DNA of 62,293 nucleotides, filler included, from Basidiobolus ranarum (taxonomy: Eukaryota), in the NCBI GenBank assembly GCA_040143965.1. It is 7 parts of 7 records of this genome, joined end to end, with 100 filler letters (N's around TTAATTAATTAA, not from the genome) between each part and the next. Parts side by side here need not be neighbours in the genome. Positions count along the whole stretch, not along the records: positions 35,698 to 44,501 come from JASJQH010007793.1; positions 44,602 to 53,404 come from JASJQH010007794.1; 5 more parts are not named here. The stretch is one strand, 5' to 3'. The stretch's first letter is position 1; every line of letters starts with the position of its first letter. The position numbers were made by a program, and so were the translations under genes. Below, in pieces: positions 38,693 through 52,265 of this stretch. Under the pieces are notes generated by a model. It was not told the origin of the DNA and ran no database searches. It saw only the letters and a list, made by a program, of their open reading frames with translations.

Positions 38693-39833
38693 ATGTCTTG
38701 GATTAGTCAAACTCCCACCAAACGTGTATTCAACACAGGAAGCACTGCTGCAGGCAGCAGTAATCCAAATTTAACTGAATTCCTTCGTAGTTGCAAACTT
38801 TCGCAATACTATAATGATTTTCTTACTTCTGGTGCCAGCGAAGACGATGTTCCCATGCTTTTGGATTTTGCCGATAATGAAATTTCCGAATTATGTTCAG
38901 CCATTCCTTTGAAACCATTTCACACTGTGAGTTTCAAAAGAGGTCTTAGAATATTGAAAGAACAACTGGGTATCACACCGCCACAAGTATGTGTTGATTT
39001 TAGTTGAAGGTTATAGGCTATACACTAACGTATGGATTTTGTAGATGAGTCTTAAGAGCACTCCGTCAGACGCTCACTCAACACCTATTGCTCCATTTCA
39101 CTCTGTCACTTCCCCTACTTGCACAAACACGGTAGCTCAACCTATTCATAAGATCCCAACCCCCATTTCAATTTCTCCCGAAGTAGTTGAGAGATTTCAA
39201 CCAGAGGCGGCCACCACGATCATCGATACTAAGAGTCCTGTGTATCCATCGGCAACCTCCATATCTACCGTTGGCTCCGAGAAAACCGGAAACCCGAACG
39301 AAGATTTGATAATAGAAAGAGCGACTATATACGGGCGTAAAAGTGGACGTTCTTTGACCAATTATGAAAAAAGCATGAACGACGCGGCTATTGCTATTGC
39401 TTTGGCCGAACCAACGCTTATTTTAAACCGAGGTCAACTTATAGAAAAATCAAAGGCCAAACTGTTGCAAGATGGTTATGTTTATAGTCGTGGTAGATCT
39501 CGCTCCAAGTTGGTTCGAGCAATCAGTAATTCGGACAGTATACAAGAACCGCAGGCTATCAACGGCACCCTTACACCTGTTTCAAGCGATTTGGGAGGTC
39601 GAGAGGAAGACTCCAGTTCAACTTCTGATAAGGAACACCAAGCAATAATGTCAGGGAAAGCACGTAGACGTACCAGTCGCGAACAAGACGATGGTGAAAG
39701 CGATACAAAGATGAAAAACAAGAAGCACAAGTTCGACAAGGAAAAAGATTGGGATAAAGAGAGAGATGGAGAAAGAGAAAAAGAGCGAGATCTCAGTCTT
39801 CGAGGTATTCTTCAACATGATGATGATAATTGA
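38693..39833 (+). CDS. NAB (NGFI-A/EGR-binding corepressor)-like protein with NCD1 (SAM-like) and NCD2 domains; exons 38693-38986, 39045-39833
   Basis: LTEFLRSCKLSQYYNDF..SG..EDDVPMLL.....EI.EL....PLKPFH...FKRGLR (NCD1-like); IIERATIYGR...RSLT.YEKSMNDAA..IAL.EP.L..NR.QL......GY.YSRGRSRSK (NCD2-like); basic NLS-like tail. Confidence 0.8.
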
Positions 39834-41037
39834 AGGAATTTTAATAGAACTTCTCAGATTCTGTACTCTACGTTCAATTTGACATACCAAAGATGTCGCA
39901 AATCTAACATATATTTAGCTACCTTTGCGGTTCTTTTTCACTAGCATCTTATCGTCGTTTTCATTGTTATGTCTTTATCTGATTTCCCGTACATATTTTC
40001 TATTTTTTTAGCATCGGGCATTTGCCTAGTTTACATTGTTGCGATGAACTTTCGTTCTTTTACTATGAATCTCTTAACTGTATTTGAGTTGAAGATTTTG
40101 CGTTTATTTTTATCCGAATATATGTATTCCACGAATAAAGTCGGGCTGCGTATATATAGTATTACTAAGAAACCTTCAGTAGTGAACAAGTTTTAGCTGT
40201 TTGGCTCCCAACAAAGTGACAGAGCAGTGGTAATACCTTATTAACCAACACCTTTGCTGGCATTTATTTCCATAAGGTTTATAATCTACTTATGGTGTCG
40301 TGTCAACTATGTAAAGTTAGCCCACTTCTCCTGAACCCCAGACCGGATGACTTTGAACCAGCTGTCTTGACACATGAAATATGCAAGCATTTGGATGATA
40401 AATCATACGCACATGGAAAGTGAACATATTGTAGCTAGCTTGGTGGCGCATTTAGCATGCTCAAAATACATGAAATCTAAATACTATTCATAGATAATAA
40501 AATACAGCTTTACCACAGTAAGAACTAGTTCAGCTATAGTATACAGATATATAAGATGACCATTTACTCACCAGCTTTAATAATTATCTAAACCCACAAC
40601 ACAGCTGTTATTTGTGTTGACAGATACAAATGTATATAATTATCAAGTACTGCAGTGATAGTTTCTCCTTTGAGAAGGTGACATACTCAAGATCATTTAT
40701 AACACATGGAATCAGAAGGCCGTTGCAATGTTTACAATAACTGATTCTACTCACTTTTCAGTGTACGTATGAGAGCTGGTTACTAGCTTGAGCTATCACA
40801 AAAAGTCTCACAACTATTCAGGATGGCATTGGTATCTGCTTTCTTATTCCAAGCACTTGGCATAGTAAACACTGACCTTCAACTACTCTAAGATATAGAT
40901 GTTTCACTTGCTACCAGGGTGAAATTCTGCACTTACCGCAGAGAGGCAAACTACTATGGCTAAGGATTTGTCAGAGGAACACTGATCACCATCAATATTT
41001 GACAAGAGAGTGATGCCGGTTTATGAGATAGCAAAAG

Positions 41038-41358
41038 TGTTGAAATTAGCATTGCCTAAATACCTATATAGTCATATATAGCTTAGTATTTAGATATCCT
41101 ATATTCCACTATGATATCACCCAATATGCTCAATTGGAATTTACTTAGAAGTTCTCAGATATATAGATTTTTCAAAAAAGCCCCAAACTTTGCACACATG
41201 TTCCTGGGACCTTCCTTAACACATTCTATGTGTTAGTTTATTTCCATCTTGACAAAAGTATAAATGATGACATTCTACTCAATAAATCAATAAGTAAAAA
41301 CCATCAATTTCTCAGATTCTTCAAACCACTTCCAACAGGCTCCCAAAATACTTCAACA
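41038..41358 (+). mobile_element. Solo LTR, copia family A (small internal deletions)
   Basis: TGTTGAAATTAGCATTGCC...ACTTCAACA. Confidence 0.9.
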
Positions 41359-41538
41359 ATTAGCACCATGGTTAGGGTGAGCAGTAGGAGTACTACCACC
41401 CAACCTTCAAGACCAGTAACTCTAGGATATTTCCAATCTATGTCCTACTCCATCTAAGTTATATTGTTCAGCCATAGCTACTAGATTAGGTGCAAATCTA
41501 TCCACAAGAACAGAATCTCCAAAAATAGGTCTAGTCTA

Positions 41539-41882
41539 TGTTGAAATTAGCATTGCCTAAGCACCTATATAGTCAAATATAGCCTGGTACTTGGTTATCT
41601 TATATTTCACTAAGATATTACCCATTATTCTCATAAGGAATTTAGAATATTGATGCCAACTTAGAAGTTCTTGAATATATAGATTTTGATAACTTGTGCT
41701 AGAAGCCCCAAACTTGGCACACATGTTCCTGGGATCTTCCTTAACACATTCTTCATGTTAGTCTGTTTGCATCTTGACAAAACTATAAATGTCAACTTTC
41801 TACTCATTAAATCCATAAGTGAAAACCATCAATTTCTCTAATTCTCCAAACCACCTCCAACAGGCTCCCAAATACTTTAACA
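41539..41882 (+). mobile_element. Solo LTR, copia family A, with a near-perfect 5-bp TSD
   Basis: Flanks are GTCTA (left) and GTCTT (right). Confidence 0.92.
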
Positions 41883-43139
41883 GTCTTATCTTCTGTACTA
41901 AAAGCCCATCCTCTCAAACTGATAATTGTTTTGACATTTTTGAATTGGAGGAATTGATTCCACATCTCCATATCTTGAGGAAAATAGATTTCAAGAAGAA
42001 GCCTAATATGTCATTTAAATGGCATATACTATCATATTATACTTCAACCAAGCAGTTACCTCTATTATATATGCAGTACTTACTCGAAACACTTCGATCT
42101 TCTGGTTGGGTTTCAATATGACTCTCACTGCATCCCTTGCTCACTAATGGAAGCATACGCCTCAATACCTCCCATGGTGGTTGATGTGCATTACCTGAAA
42201 TATTACAATTGAGAACTAATTGTGTGGTTGGCACTAGTAGAAGAATAGTAAAGATTGCTTAACTTGCTACCAGTAAATCTATTAAACTGACAAGATTGAA
42301 GTCAGTGATGATGGATTATTATACTGCAAACCTATATTCTTACAAGATAGTTTTTCTGAAGTTAACTGACAACTTGGGCTGAGTTGAGAGCGGGATGGTG
42401 AAACTAGATTAACTAGATATTAGTGATGAGTGCCAGACAAGTATTTATTCAGTTGGCCAAGAAATCCAAGAATGGAGTAGTAAAGCTATTATGCTATTGT
42501 GGTTTGAAATCTATAGAGAGGCCAATAGAAACACAACTGATTTCAGAATAGATGAGCCATTGCCACCTCGCAATGCTCAAAAGCCGAGTTGAAGGATAAC
42601 AATGATGCATAATTGAGGAAATCGATTTATATCAACAGTTGATAGGATGCTTTATTTTATTATATGAACTACCGAAGTCATTGAACCAGCTAATGGAAGT
42701 GAAAGTATATTATAGATGTATGAGCTGCAATTGGTTTCCTGGGTATTTTAGTACTGTTTGAGCTATCTGAAAGCTATCACTGCATAGCTGCCCAGAAATG
42801 TAGGGGAAGTGGATAGGAAGCTTTGACAAGCCTCAAAGATTTCGATGAAATAACAAAGATGGAAACTATATATTCACTTGATATTGGCAGACATTACTAA
42901 CACATATCACTAATTATAGAATGCCATGACTATTCTCAAACATGGTCCCGTTGCAACTCTGACTTGTTGTAAGGGCGTAAGTTAGGTTCTAACTCTTCAA
43001 TATGGAGCTGAAATGCTGTATTGTACATGTTTAGCAAGTATTTGAAATAAATGACTCGAACTTCATTTCAATATGTAAAGCGCAGCCGTTACTTTTAAGG
43101 CTAGAACAAGAGATATCTCACTGCATAGCAATCCCAGTT

Positions 43140-44501
43140 TGAGGAGTTCTGAGGATTTTGTAAACAATATAACTACCCACCGCCGTATCTCGAAGTTCTA
43201 TCATATATCTAAGATCCTCATGCTCCACAGATCTTTGGAATACATGATCCCCAAAGCTTACCCATCTAGGATGCATATCCAGCAACAAGATCCAGCGATT
43301 AATGGTGGATCAAGGTTTGGAAGCCATGGCCTGGAAGGTGTTTCTGCATGTGGCTCTAAGAGAGTCACATGGAATACATTGTCAACCTTGAAATAGGCTG
43401 GGAGTTCAAGGTGGAAGGCTACTGAATTGATTTGCTTAATAATCATAAAAGGCCCTAGTCTGTTATGATCAAGTTTAACACAAGATCTGGTGGTTTTGAT
43501 ATTTTTTTGGAGTAGCCAAACATAATCTCCTGGCCTGAGATCTGGACTTGTCTTTCTTTTCTTATCAGCAAAGTTCTTGTATAGGGATTGAGCATGCTCC
43601 TACTCAGATATTAATTGTTTATGGATGTCTTAAGGAAAGTGGCATGGCCTGAGGCAGCAGGGCCAGGTAAATTAGCTGGTGGGCAAATTGTGAAACAAGG
43701 ATGGAATCCATAATTTGCAAAGAAAGGAGTTTGTTTTGTTGAGATATGATAAGAGTTGTTGTAAGCAAATTCAGCAAGAGGCAAGAGTTGTGTCCAATTA
43801 TCCTGATTACAGTTGATAGTGCATTGCAAATATTATTCCAAAACTTGATTGACTCTTTCTGTTTGGCCATTGGATTGGGTATGGAAGGCAGTGGAGAGAT
43901 TGGCAGAGGTACCCAAGGTAGGGAGGAGACCTTTCCAGAATCTGGAAGCAAACTGAGGTCCTTGGCCAGAGATGATAGTTTCAGGGAGTCCGTGTAGGCA
44001 GAAGATGTTTTGAGTTACCAACTCTGCTGTTTGTTTTGCATCAATTGACTTGTTGCAGGGCACAAAGTGGGCAATCTTTGTTAGACAGTCGACAATTACC
44101 AGAATTGAAGTATATTTGGCAGACAAGGGTAGTTCAGTTATGAAATCCAGGAATATGAAATTTCACTGCTGATCAGGAATTGGAAGTGGCTGTAGGAGGC
44201 CATAGGGCTGATGTCTTGGAGTCTTCAGTTGAGCACAAGTAGCACAGGTGGAAATATAAGTCTTGACAAATGCAAACATTGTGGGCCACCAACAATCCGT
44301 TGATGTCAACATATATGATATGGCAACACCAAAGTGTCCTGCCAGTGGTGAGTCATGTCTTTCCTGCATGATTTTGAGTCAGGAAGTGTGGTCTGGAATG
44401 TAAAGGCACTTCTTATAAAACAAAAGATCATTGATGATAGAGAAATGGTGGTACAGGTTCAAGCTTGAGAGGTCTTTGGGTGTTTCCTGGGCTTTCTTGA
44501 T
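43140..44501 (-). mobile_element. Degenerate Ty3/gypsy integrase region (HHCC, catalytic core, GPY/F, possible decayed chromodomain)
   Basis: HDSPLAGHFG..WWP..CATC, YGLLQPLPIP, ILVIVDCLTKIAHFVP, GLPETIIS.QGPQF.S.FW, NGQTERVNQ.LE, LPLAEFAYNN, VFHVTLL. Confidence 0.92.
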
Positions 44502-46273
44502 NNNNNNNNNNNNNNNNNNNNNNNNNNNNNNNNNNNNNNNNNNNNTTAATTAATTAANNNNNNNNNNNNNNNNNNNNNNNNNNNNNNNNNNNNNNNNNNN
44601 NATTGTCACAATATCTTAAAAGATTGATGTCTTGATTGTCACTTTGTTTAGATTAGTATTTAAGCTAAATAAAGTCCACACCATCTGGTGCTTTTCATCC
44701 CCCCTAACCCTCCCTTACCCTTACCAGAACATCTATACCCTAACCCTAAGTATTCTGACAGTATTTGGTATGTTTAAGTATTGAACCTAAATATACAGCA
44801 TTCATTATTCAATATCATACAAGTTAATTCAAAATTCCTTTTTTGGCTAGTATTTTTACTGGTTTATCACTGAGTCACTACTTTAGTTTGGCACTCCCTT
44901 CATGTTTTCTACTATTGTCTGTACCAGTTTTGACCTGGCTTATTGTTCTTGCATCAAATTTGTTTGACAATTCTAACGCAGCTATTTTAAACCATATTCT
45001 TCCATATATCTTAATCTTGACTTGCAAAATAGGTATATTGTCACTTGACTAGCTTACTCATTTTGTTGAAAAAGGAGTATATTTCTTGTTAATTCTCCAT
45101 TCCCTTGGTAACACCTTCTGTGATACCGTTGGAGGATTGCCTATGTTAAATTTGGTCTTTCTCAAAGTGCACCTGGAGCAGACTCCGCTAATGAAGTTTG
45201 TATATTTTTTGTCTAGTATTGCATAACATTGACGAACACTTCATGCCATTCTTCCGATTTTAGCCCACAAGCATTGAACCTTTCGGGAGAGTTCCTTCCA
45301 ATAAACTCTTTGCACATGTAACAATGATTCAAGCCGCGTAGCTTTTATCTAGTACACCTCATGGAGTAGCTTTTCACATCTTATTTCCGGCTATATGTCT
45401 TACTCCGGCTCATACGGATGTGTTCTTCCATAACTTTCGAAGCAATACTTTCCGTAAAATATCAAATTCTCTACAAACAAAGGAATTAGTGCATGTCTCG
45501 AAATTCTGTTTCACGACTAACTTACAGTTATCAAGCTTTCTAATGGGCAAGTTTTAAATCGGCAACCAATGATGATATCTCGTGGCTCGAATAACTCCTT
45601 AGATTTTCGAATTTAAGCTTACATACTTCATGCATAAACTGGTCCCAGATCCCTAAGCTGCCTAATCATTTTTTTACTGTGTTGACATGGCATAAAACTG
45701 GCCAATAATAATAATAAAGCAAAACTAATAGGTCAATCTCGCTGATTCTTACGCATGCCAATAATGGAAACAACCAGCAGTAGGTGAGATAGAAACAGAG
45801 CGTTTCGTACAAGACGGCACTCATACCTTCATTAAGATATCGGTGTTCCCTCTAGGGCTGTGCACTTGAGATAGCAGTTGCGAATGGATAAACCAGGCCT
45901 GGCTGAAAACATAGTATAAGCAACGCACATGCGATTACTAATTGATTACTAAATCTAATCAGAAATGTTTAAATTTAATTTCCATTCGTTCTGCGGATAA
46001 CCAGGTTTGGCTCTTCTCGTTCGATCTGTTTCAACTTACCTAGCCCTCTCGCCAAGAAAGCTTTGAGACATTTTCGCTACCAATGTTGTGGCTCCCCACT
46101 CAATTATTAGCCAATGTCAAGTCGGGATCTGAAAATGAAGTAGAGTCAACAACCGAAAAGAAAATTGCTCGCTATTAGTTTGATTTTCCTTTCCACCATT
46201 GCCAAGAACCTCAGTTACTACAAATAGGAACATTGGTAGCAACTTCTCTAAGAATTCATTAGCTTCGTTCAAA

Positions 46274-48243
46274 ATGACTTTGAAACTAAACAACATCTTC
46301 AAGGCATGGTGTGTCTTCTTTGTCTTCCTCTCGTTTGCATACGCAGATACTCCACCCATTGCTTATACACCTGTCTCTTCAGCAAATGTGGAGTTATCTA
46401 AGTATACAAGCTCAGTAGTTTTAATGCCAGATAAGTATACGATCCATTGGCGGGTGGATCAACAAAGCCAGCCACCTTCAATCACAATCCTATTGCAAGT
46501 TAAAACCACAGGATGGTAAGTTCCTTTTCACCATGGTTCACAATTCGAGACTGCACTAACATGACTCAGGGTCGGATTTGGATTTTCTGATCCAGCAACA
46601 GGAGGAATGCCCGGATCGGACATAGTCACTGCCTCTACCACAAAGAATGACACTTATTTTACAACCGTGTTGACTGATCGTTACGCAGTGAAAAAAGATG
46701 ACCCTCCTCCCGACAATTGTCAGAGCTACACACCGAACTTTGGATACCAAACTACCGATGGCCAGACTATGGTTGAATTTACGCGCCCACTAAATACTAG
46801 CGATCCTCAGGATCGGGTGGTGACGAGTGGGTCCGTATCTATAGTTTATGCATTTGGTGATGATGGTATGACCGACGTTTCCTACCATGGTAACAACCGC
46901 GGGTATACCGAAGTTACTTTCTATAGTGGCAATAGCACAGATGCTAGCAATCTAGTACCTGATGCACAAACGTTTAATTATACTACTGCCCCCTTTAAAC
47001 TTTCTGCAGAGCCCACACTGTACTCTTGCACAGGATTTGTTTTCGATCCTTTGGCTAACTCTACGAATACCACTGGACATATTACAGCTGTCTCACCGAT
47101 AATCGGGTCGGAATACGTTCATCATCTGCTTGTCTTCGTATGCCCAAATGATGACTTCTTCAAAAAGGTTCAAAATAACCCTACTGTCTGCGCTTCATCT
47201 AATCCCAATGACACCACTGAGGGGATGACGGGTTGCTATGGTCTGGTTTATGGGTAATTCCAGAATATTCAATTTCTTATGAAGAATCACTTGAATCTAA
47301 CATACTATTTAGCTGGGCTATAGGAGGTGGTAAACTCGAGTATCCAGCCGAGGCTGGACTGCCTTTTGGTGATGTTAATGACCCCTTTACTACTAAATAT
47401 GTGATAATACAAATCCACTACAACAATCCAACTGGAAGCGATCCCAATATAACTGACCAAACAGGAGTATCAATTCAATACACTCCGACAAAACGACAGT
47501 ATGATGCAGCCTGGATGGTTTTGGGAGATCCCGTTGTGGCTTCTCCTCCTTTGACCTTAGGCAAAACTGATCCAACCGAGCTTCAGTTTACTTGCCCAGG
47601 TGAATGTACTAAGGTTTGGCCTCACGAAGCACGCATATTTGCCTCAATGCCCCACATGCATAGCTATGGAACTCAGATCTGGAGCACTGTGACTAGCACT
47701 GATCCTACATACAAAGGAAACAATCCAAGAATCATTGGTAGTGCAGATGGAAATACCAGTATAGTTATGGATCGTTCGGAGTTCTGGGAATTCGATTTTC
47801 AAAGAATACATAAAATGAACGATTTTTGGATTCGTCCAGGTGACCGCATTAACACGCACTGTGTGTAAGTAGATACTGCTTTAAATATTAATGAATACTG
47901 GAGATCTTACTACTTACTCTATTGAAGGTACGATACTTCTGTGAACAAATTTCCGAACCTGACCCCCAACGCTACTACAGTGAATTTTGGCATTGCTTCG
48001 TATGATGAAATGTGCATGCACTTTGTGGCTTACTATCCACGTATCGAAGCAACCTATTCAAGCCTAAACATGCCTTTCATGTATTGTGGCGTGGCGGATA
48101 GAAATCAAACCATGACTTTATGTGGAGTTACCGCTAATGATACTATGCCTATCGCCAATCCCCCTACCCTATCTTACCTTCAAGATCCAAAAGGAGTGGA
48201 GATACTTCAATTCGGACAGCCATCTGCTACATGCCCTGCTTAA
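46274..48243 (+). CDS. Secreted DOMON + copper type II ascorbate-dependent monooxygenase (DBH/MOXD1/tyramine beta-hydroxylase-like); exons 46274-46515, 46570-47253, 47313-47864, 47928-48243
   Basis: Signal peptide; DOMON motifs GWVGFGFS...GMPGSDIV, VEFTRPLNTSDPQD, YHG..RG; CuH ligands VHHLL and IQIHYNNP; WAIGG; CuM ligands PHMH and DEMC; three consistent phase-2 introns. Confidence 0.93.
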
Positions 48244-48589
48244 ACCTCCATTCAAGATATGGGTACATACCTACCTCATCATATCTGTTGCATTGCAGTT
48301 TCAGTAAATAGTTTCTCTCACTTCTCTACTCATTGTTGGCTCAGCAGTGTATATTTCAACAAATGTAAATCCAAATAACTTTTACTAAATAAAAGAACTC
48401 TTTGATGTTCATATCGCATGATGTACCTCGATCTCTTTCCACTACTACAAAGTCGTCTCGTTTAACATGCATGTTCAGATCCACTTTGTGCCTCACTCTC
48501 TCTACTAGAAGATGTTCCACAATTTGACTAATTTAGATTTACTAGTAATCTTAATATTTATTCAATAGCTAAGAGCAATAAAGAACCAA

Positions 48590-49600
48590 TGAAATACCTG
48601 GAGATTTCCCTGATACGTCGCTTGATTTGTAACAGGTATCTGAATATATTCTCAGTTGAAATTGGAGTTCCGTGATTAGGCTTAATTCTAAATCTAGAAT
48701 TACCAACTCAGCCTTAAGACAGAAATACAGTATAAAAGCAGATCTTGGAACGCTGCTGCATTATACGTCATTAGCATAAATCCCAGCAAGTATGGAGCAT
48801 TATTACCGTGTTTCTTCTGATTCCAGTGAACTTTCACAGGAGTACCACATGTCGGAGTCCAGTACAGAAAGCCTGATGTCAATTATGTTCACTAGAAACT
48901 ATCAGCCATTTCTCCAAAATGTTGGCTACATCATTTTAGGAATAGAGTTGGTAAGTTTCTCACTTGATAGAATGTCGAAGCAAACGTTACAAACATTTTA
49001 TGACTGAATAGATATCAAGTTCCATAACAATTGGTTTATTACTACGCCACCTATTACCACTGGAATCAATCACTGAGAGAGTTGGACTTGTGATGATTCA
49101 AAGTACATGGTTACCTTTGTTTATTGCTGGATTAAGAATCCTTTATTCAACGATTGGCATGCTCGGTTTATACATGTCCAGCTACAAGTTGACCGGTATA
49201 CTACTTGTACTTATGGTCTTCGAGATTGCAGGAACGCTTGGGCTTCTAATCTTGTCAGCAATAACTTCGCATTTCTTACTAATATGGATGACCGCCATTA
49301 CGGTAATTTACAATACTCTCTATGCGATACTTCAAGAACTAACCCTAAATATCGTTATCAGGTTCTTCTGGATGTATATTTCTTAGCAATGTTCTATCGT
49401 TATTTCCGAATCTACCGTAAGGAGAAATATGTCCTTCTGTCTTGAGCTATTACATATCAATATCCTTGCACAACACATGTACATTAACCTCCAATCGTAG
49501 ATACATTCACCTTGTTTTCTGCCTATGCACTAATAAAGTTTGCATATGATTTACAAAAGACCATGTATAGTTGAGGGAAGCACAGGCACCACTTGCGTCG
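48590..49600 (+). CDS. Putative small multi-pass membrane protein; exon structure uncertain
   Basis: Hydrophobic ORF segments at 48792-48951 and 49011-49386 separated by a GT-AG intron (48952-49011). Confidence 0.4.
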
Positions 49601-52265
49601 CAATAACGGTATATATATGAGCCGAGATGTATCAGGTGTGGGCAAATGCCTATGAATAACATTTGATATCTCTTTGATATGCACCTAAGCTATGTGCATT
49701 ATAAGCATACGGTTTCGATGGAAATGCATGACAGCTGCTTAATTAATGAAATCATTAGGATATCTAATAGCATCATACAAATCAGAGTGATGAAATGATT
49801 GAAGGATTCCTGTTCGTCATTTACGCCGTAGCAACCTGATACTTGTGGCTACTCTCCCTGATATGAAAACAACCATATTTGTCCTGTTCGCAAGTAATGT
49901 GTATTTCATTTCAGTACCAAATGTGCTACTGATCACATGAGCGCCTGGTGATCGTAGTTACTGAGACAAGCAGCCCGACATAACCAGAAATTCATTCAAC
50001 ATTGGCAAAGTCAATGTGAGATGGAATGACTAGAGAGCCTCTGTAGCAGCACAAAGGAATCTCATTATTCATGGTATTGCAAACAACTCCAACCTATCGA
50101 GTCGCACTTCTAACAGCACCTTCACCAACTCCTGACTGGCTGGTGTGAATCGAATGGAATTCCCCTATCCCACACCGTTTGGAAATTAATAGTCATATGA
50201 CACCTCAATACCCTCGCTTGAAGATCCGAGTTTATCTCAGTAGAGGATTGTTGGCAGTGGATTTGCTCTGAAACAGCAGTTTTCATCACTCAAACAACTC
50301 GCCTGCACCCGGAACTTCCATATTAATTACAAGGGATGTATTACCCGATCGTGATGAATAGACTGGTATTACTGGGCCAATCACACAAGTATCCTGTGGC
50401 ACCATCAGAAATGAATTCCGCTGAAGTGACTGCTGAGCCAAGACATGTGTGTTTGTTTATCATCGCTGCGGATTCTAAATGAGCCTATTTGTCTAACAGG
50501 GCTTCCAATGATTTTTCGGGAATCAGCGGACTACTGTCTAACAAGCTGAAAATCACATATCTGACCTTCCCAATTTGGAGAGATTGAAAGCAAGTATAAG
50601 CAAGACCCCATTATCTCACATAGATACGCTGCATTTTAAATCGATTTAAAATACTTTCAGTGATGGTTAGACATTCATCCTAACATGGTCCGGTAGCCTT
50701 CCACCGTATCTTCATGTTTGTTCGGACTGCTCAAAAGAAGGTGTATGCCCGTGAATCTAGACTCGCGTGGCCCGCCTGCATTGGCGAATCATAATTGGCC
50801 CTGAGAACGGAAGTGTTAAGGTTTGGCGCGTTAGACGATATCTACCTCTAGATGTTTAGGGCTTGAGTGCTGCATCTCACTAGGACTCATTGCCTTCTCT
50901 AAAGCTAAAATTAGACCATCTTCAGATCTGTATTAGGGATGCAACTAAGTATGTAAAAGCTACCTGGGCATTCTAATGGGCATCAAGACTCTAGTGTTTG
51001 ATCTCGCAGTTTTTCTTATATGCATGTATTACCTTATATTCGACTAGAAGACCACAAACTCCTTCAGGTTTGATAGAAGCAATGAAATGATACGAGATTT
51101 ACCTTGGCTGTTTTCAGGTACTACAGCAACACTAAGCGAGTATGAACTCTCTTGAAAGAAAAGTCATTATATTGACGAGTTCCCAAACTACATACAGGCT
51201 TTGACTTGATTTGACATAGTAACACCGATTGCGATTAAGAGACGCACAACTGTTCTTTTATACGACTATCCTGACTTTACCCAGTTTTAAAGCGGTTATA
51301 AAAAGCACAAACGAACGTAGCGGAACAGTAATTTTAGAAGCCAATGTTAGTCTGAATCTTCAATGGATGCTGTCACAAACTGCTCTAGCAGCAGGAAATA
51401 CAAGAGAATTGGTGAAGGCGTCAGTGAGCTCGTGCCCATTACGTACTCGTCTCAACAGAAACAGATCTCAGTGCTCTTCGTAGAACAGATTGTGTTGGAT
51501 AGTTTTCGTTACCATTACTTGTAGCAGAATGTTTCTCTGTTTGGACATGACCGTTTGTACACTTCTTGGTTAATATATGCATTCATTGTCCACACGCAAT
51601 AAATTAAATCCCCCTCTTCAAACCACATCGGGCATATAGTAGCGAATACATTGATTGCGTCTTGTATGCTGAATGGGGAAACCTTTTTCACCCTGATCTA
51701 TTTATTTCCGCTCCATCTGTCATCCTCACACAATGCAATGCTTTGATCCAGAAATTAAACACCAAGTCATTTGACCTGACTTTCAAAAGCATAGTAGCAA
51801 CAGGAAACGCAAGAGAAATTAAGGAGGCACCAATAAATTTTCCGTGATGATTATCGCCGTCTCATTTGCTATCGTATGTACTTTGATCATTCGTTGATTG
51901 CCAAATATGCAAATTAATGGAATAAAAAGCAGCCATCCGTGACTTTGTCCGTCACCCAACATTGCTCAGTGAAGCACTTGATCGAACCTGGCTTTGGTCT
52001 CTATTATATTTTTATTGTTCGTCTTGTTCTCCTGTTGTAATAAATTCTCTTGCAGTGCTCAAATACTGTAGGATACTGTTTCTCTCACTTTAGCATATTG
52101 TACTTAGTTAGTTGCTTTACTGTATTCGTGTTATTTAACACTCATATTCATAAATAGCGACTTCTCAAACAAGTTTTATTCCAGATAAGCATTCTACCAG
52201 AGTTCCGTTCACTGCGTTCTATTACAATTGTCCTTTTTTCTTAAAACCCCTTTACCTCTAAGGAT

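Noticed and set aside
41230-42121. ORFs 41230-41457 and 41819-42121 (also 5720-5944)
   Set aside because: They start inside LTR sequence with no coding signal; chance ORFs.
44698-44750. CCCTAA-like telomeric motifs
   Set aside because: Only two or three scattered imperfect units; not an array.
31877-48243. MEI1-like, NAB-like and DBH-like genes as one animal-like island or HGT cluster
   Set aside because: They lie on three separate contigs joined by artificial spacers, and each has host-type introns.
49950-51850. Short ORFs and coding-like patches
   Set aside because: No consistent exon chain or recognisable motif could be assembled.
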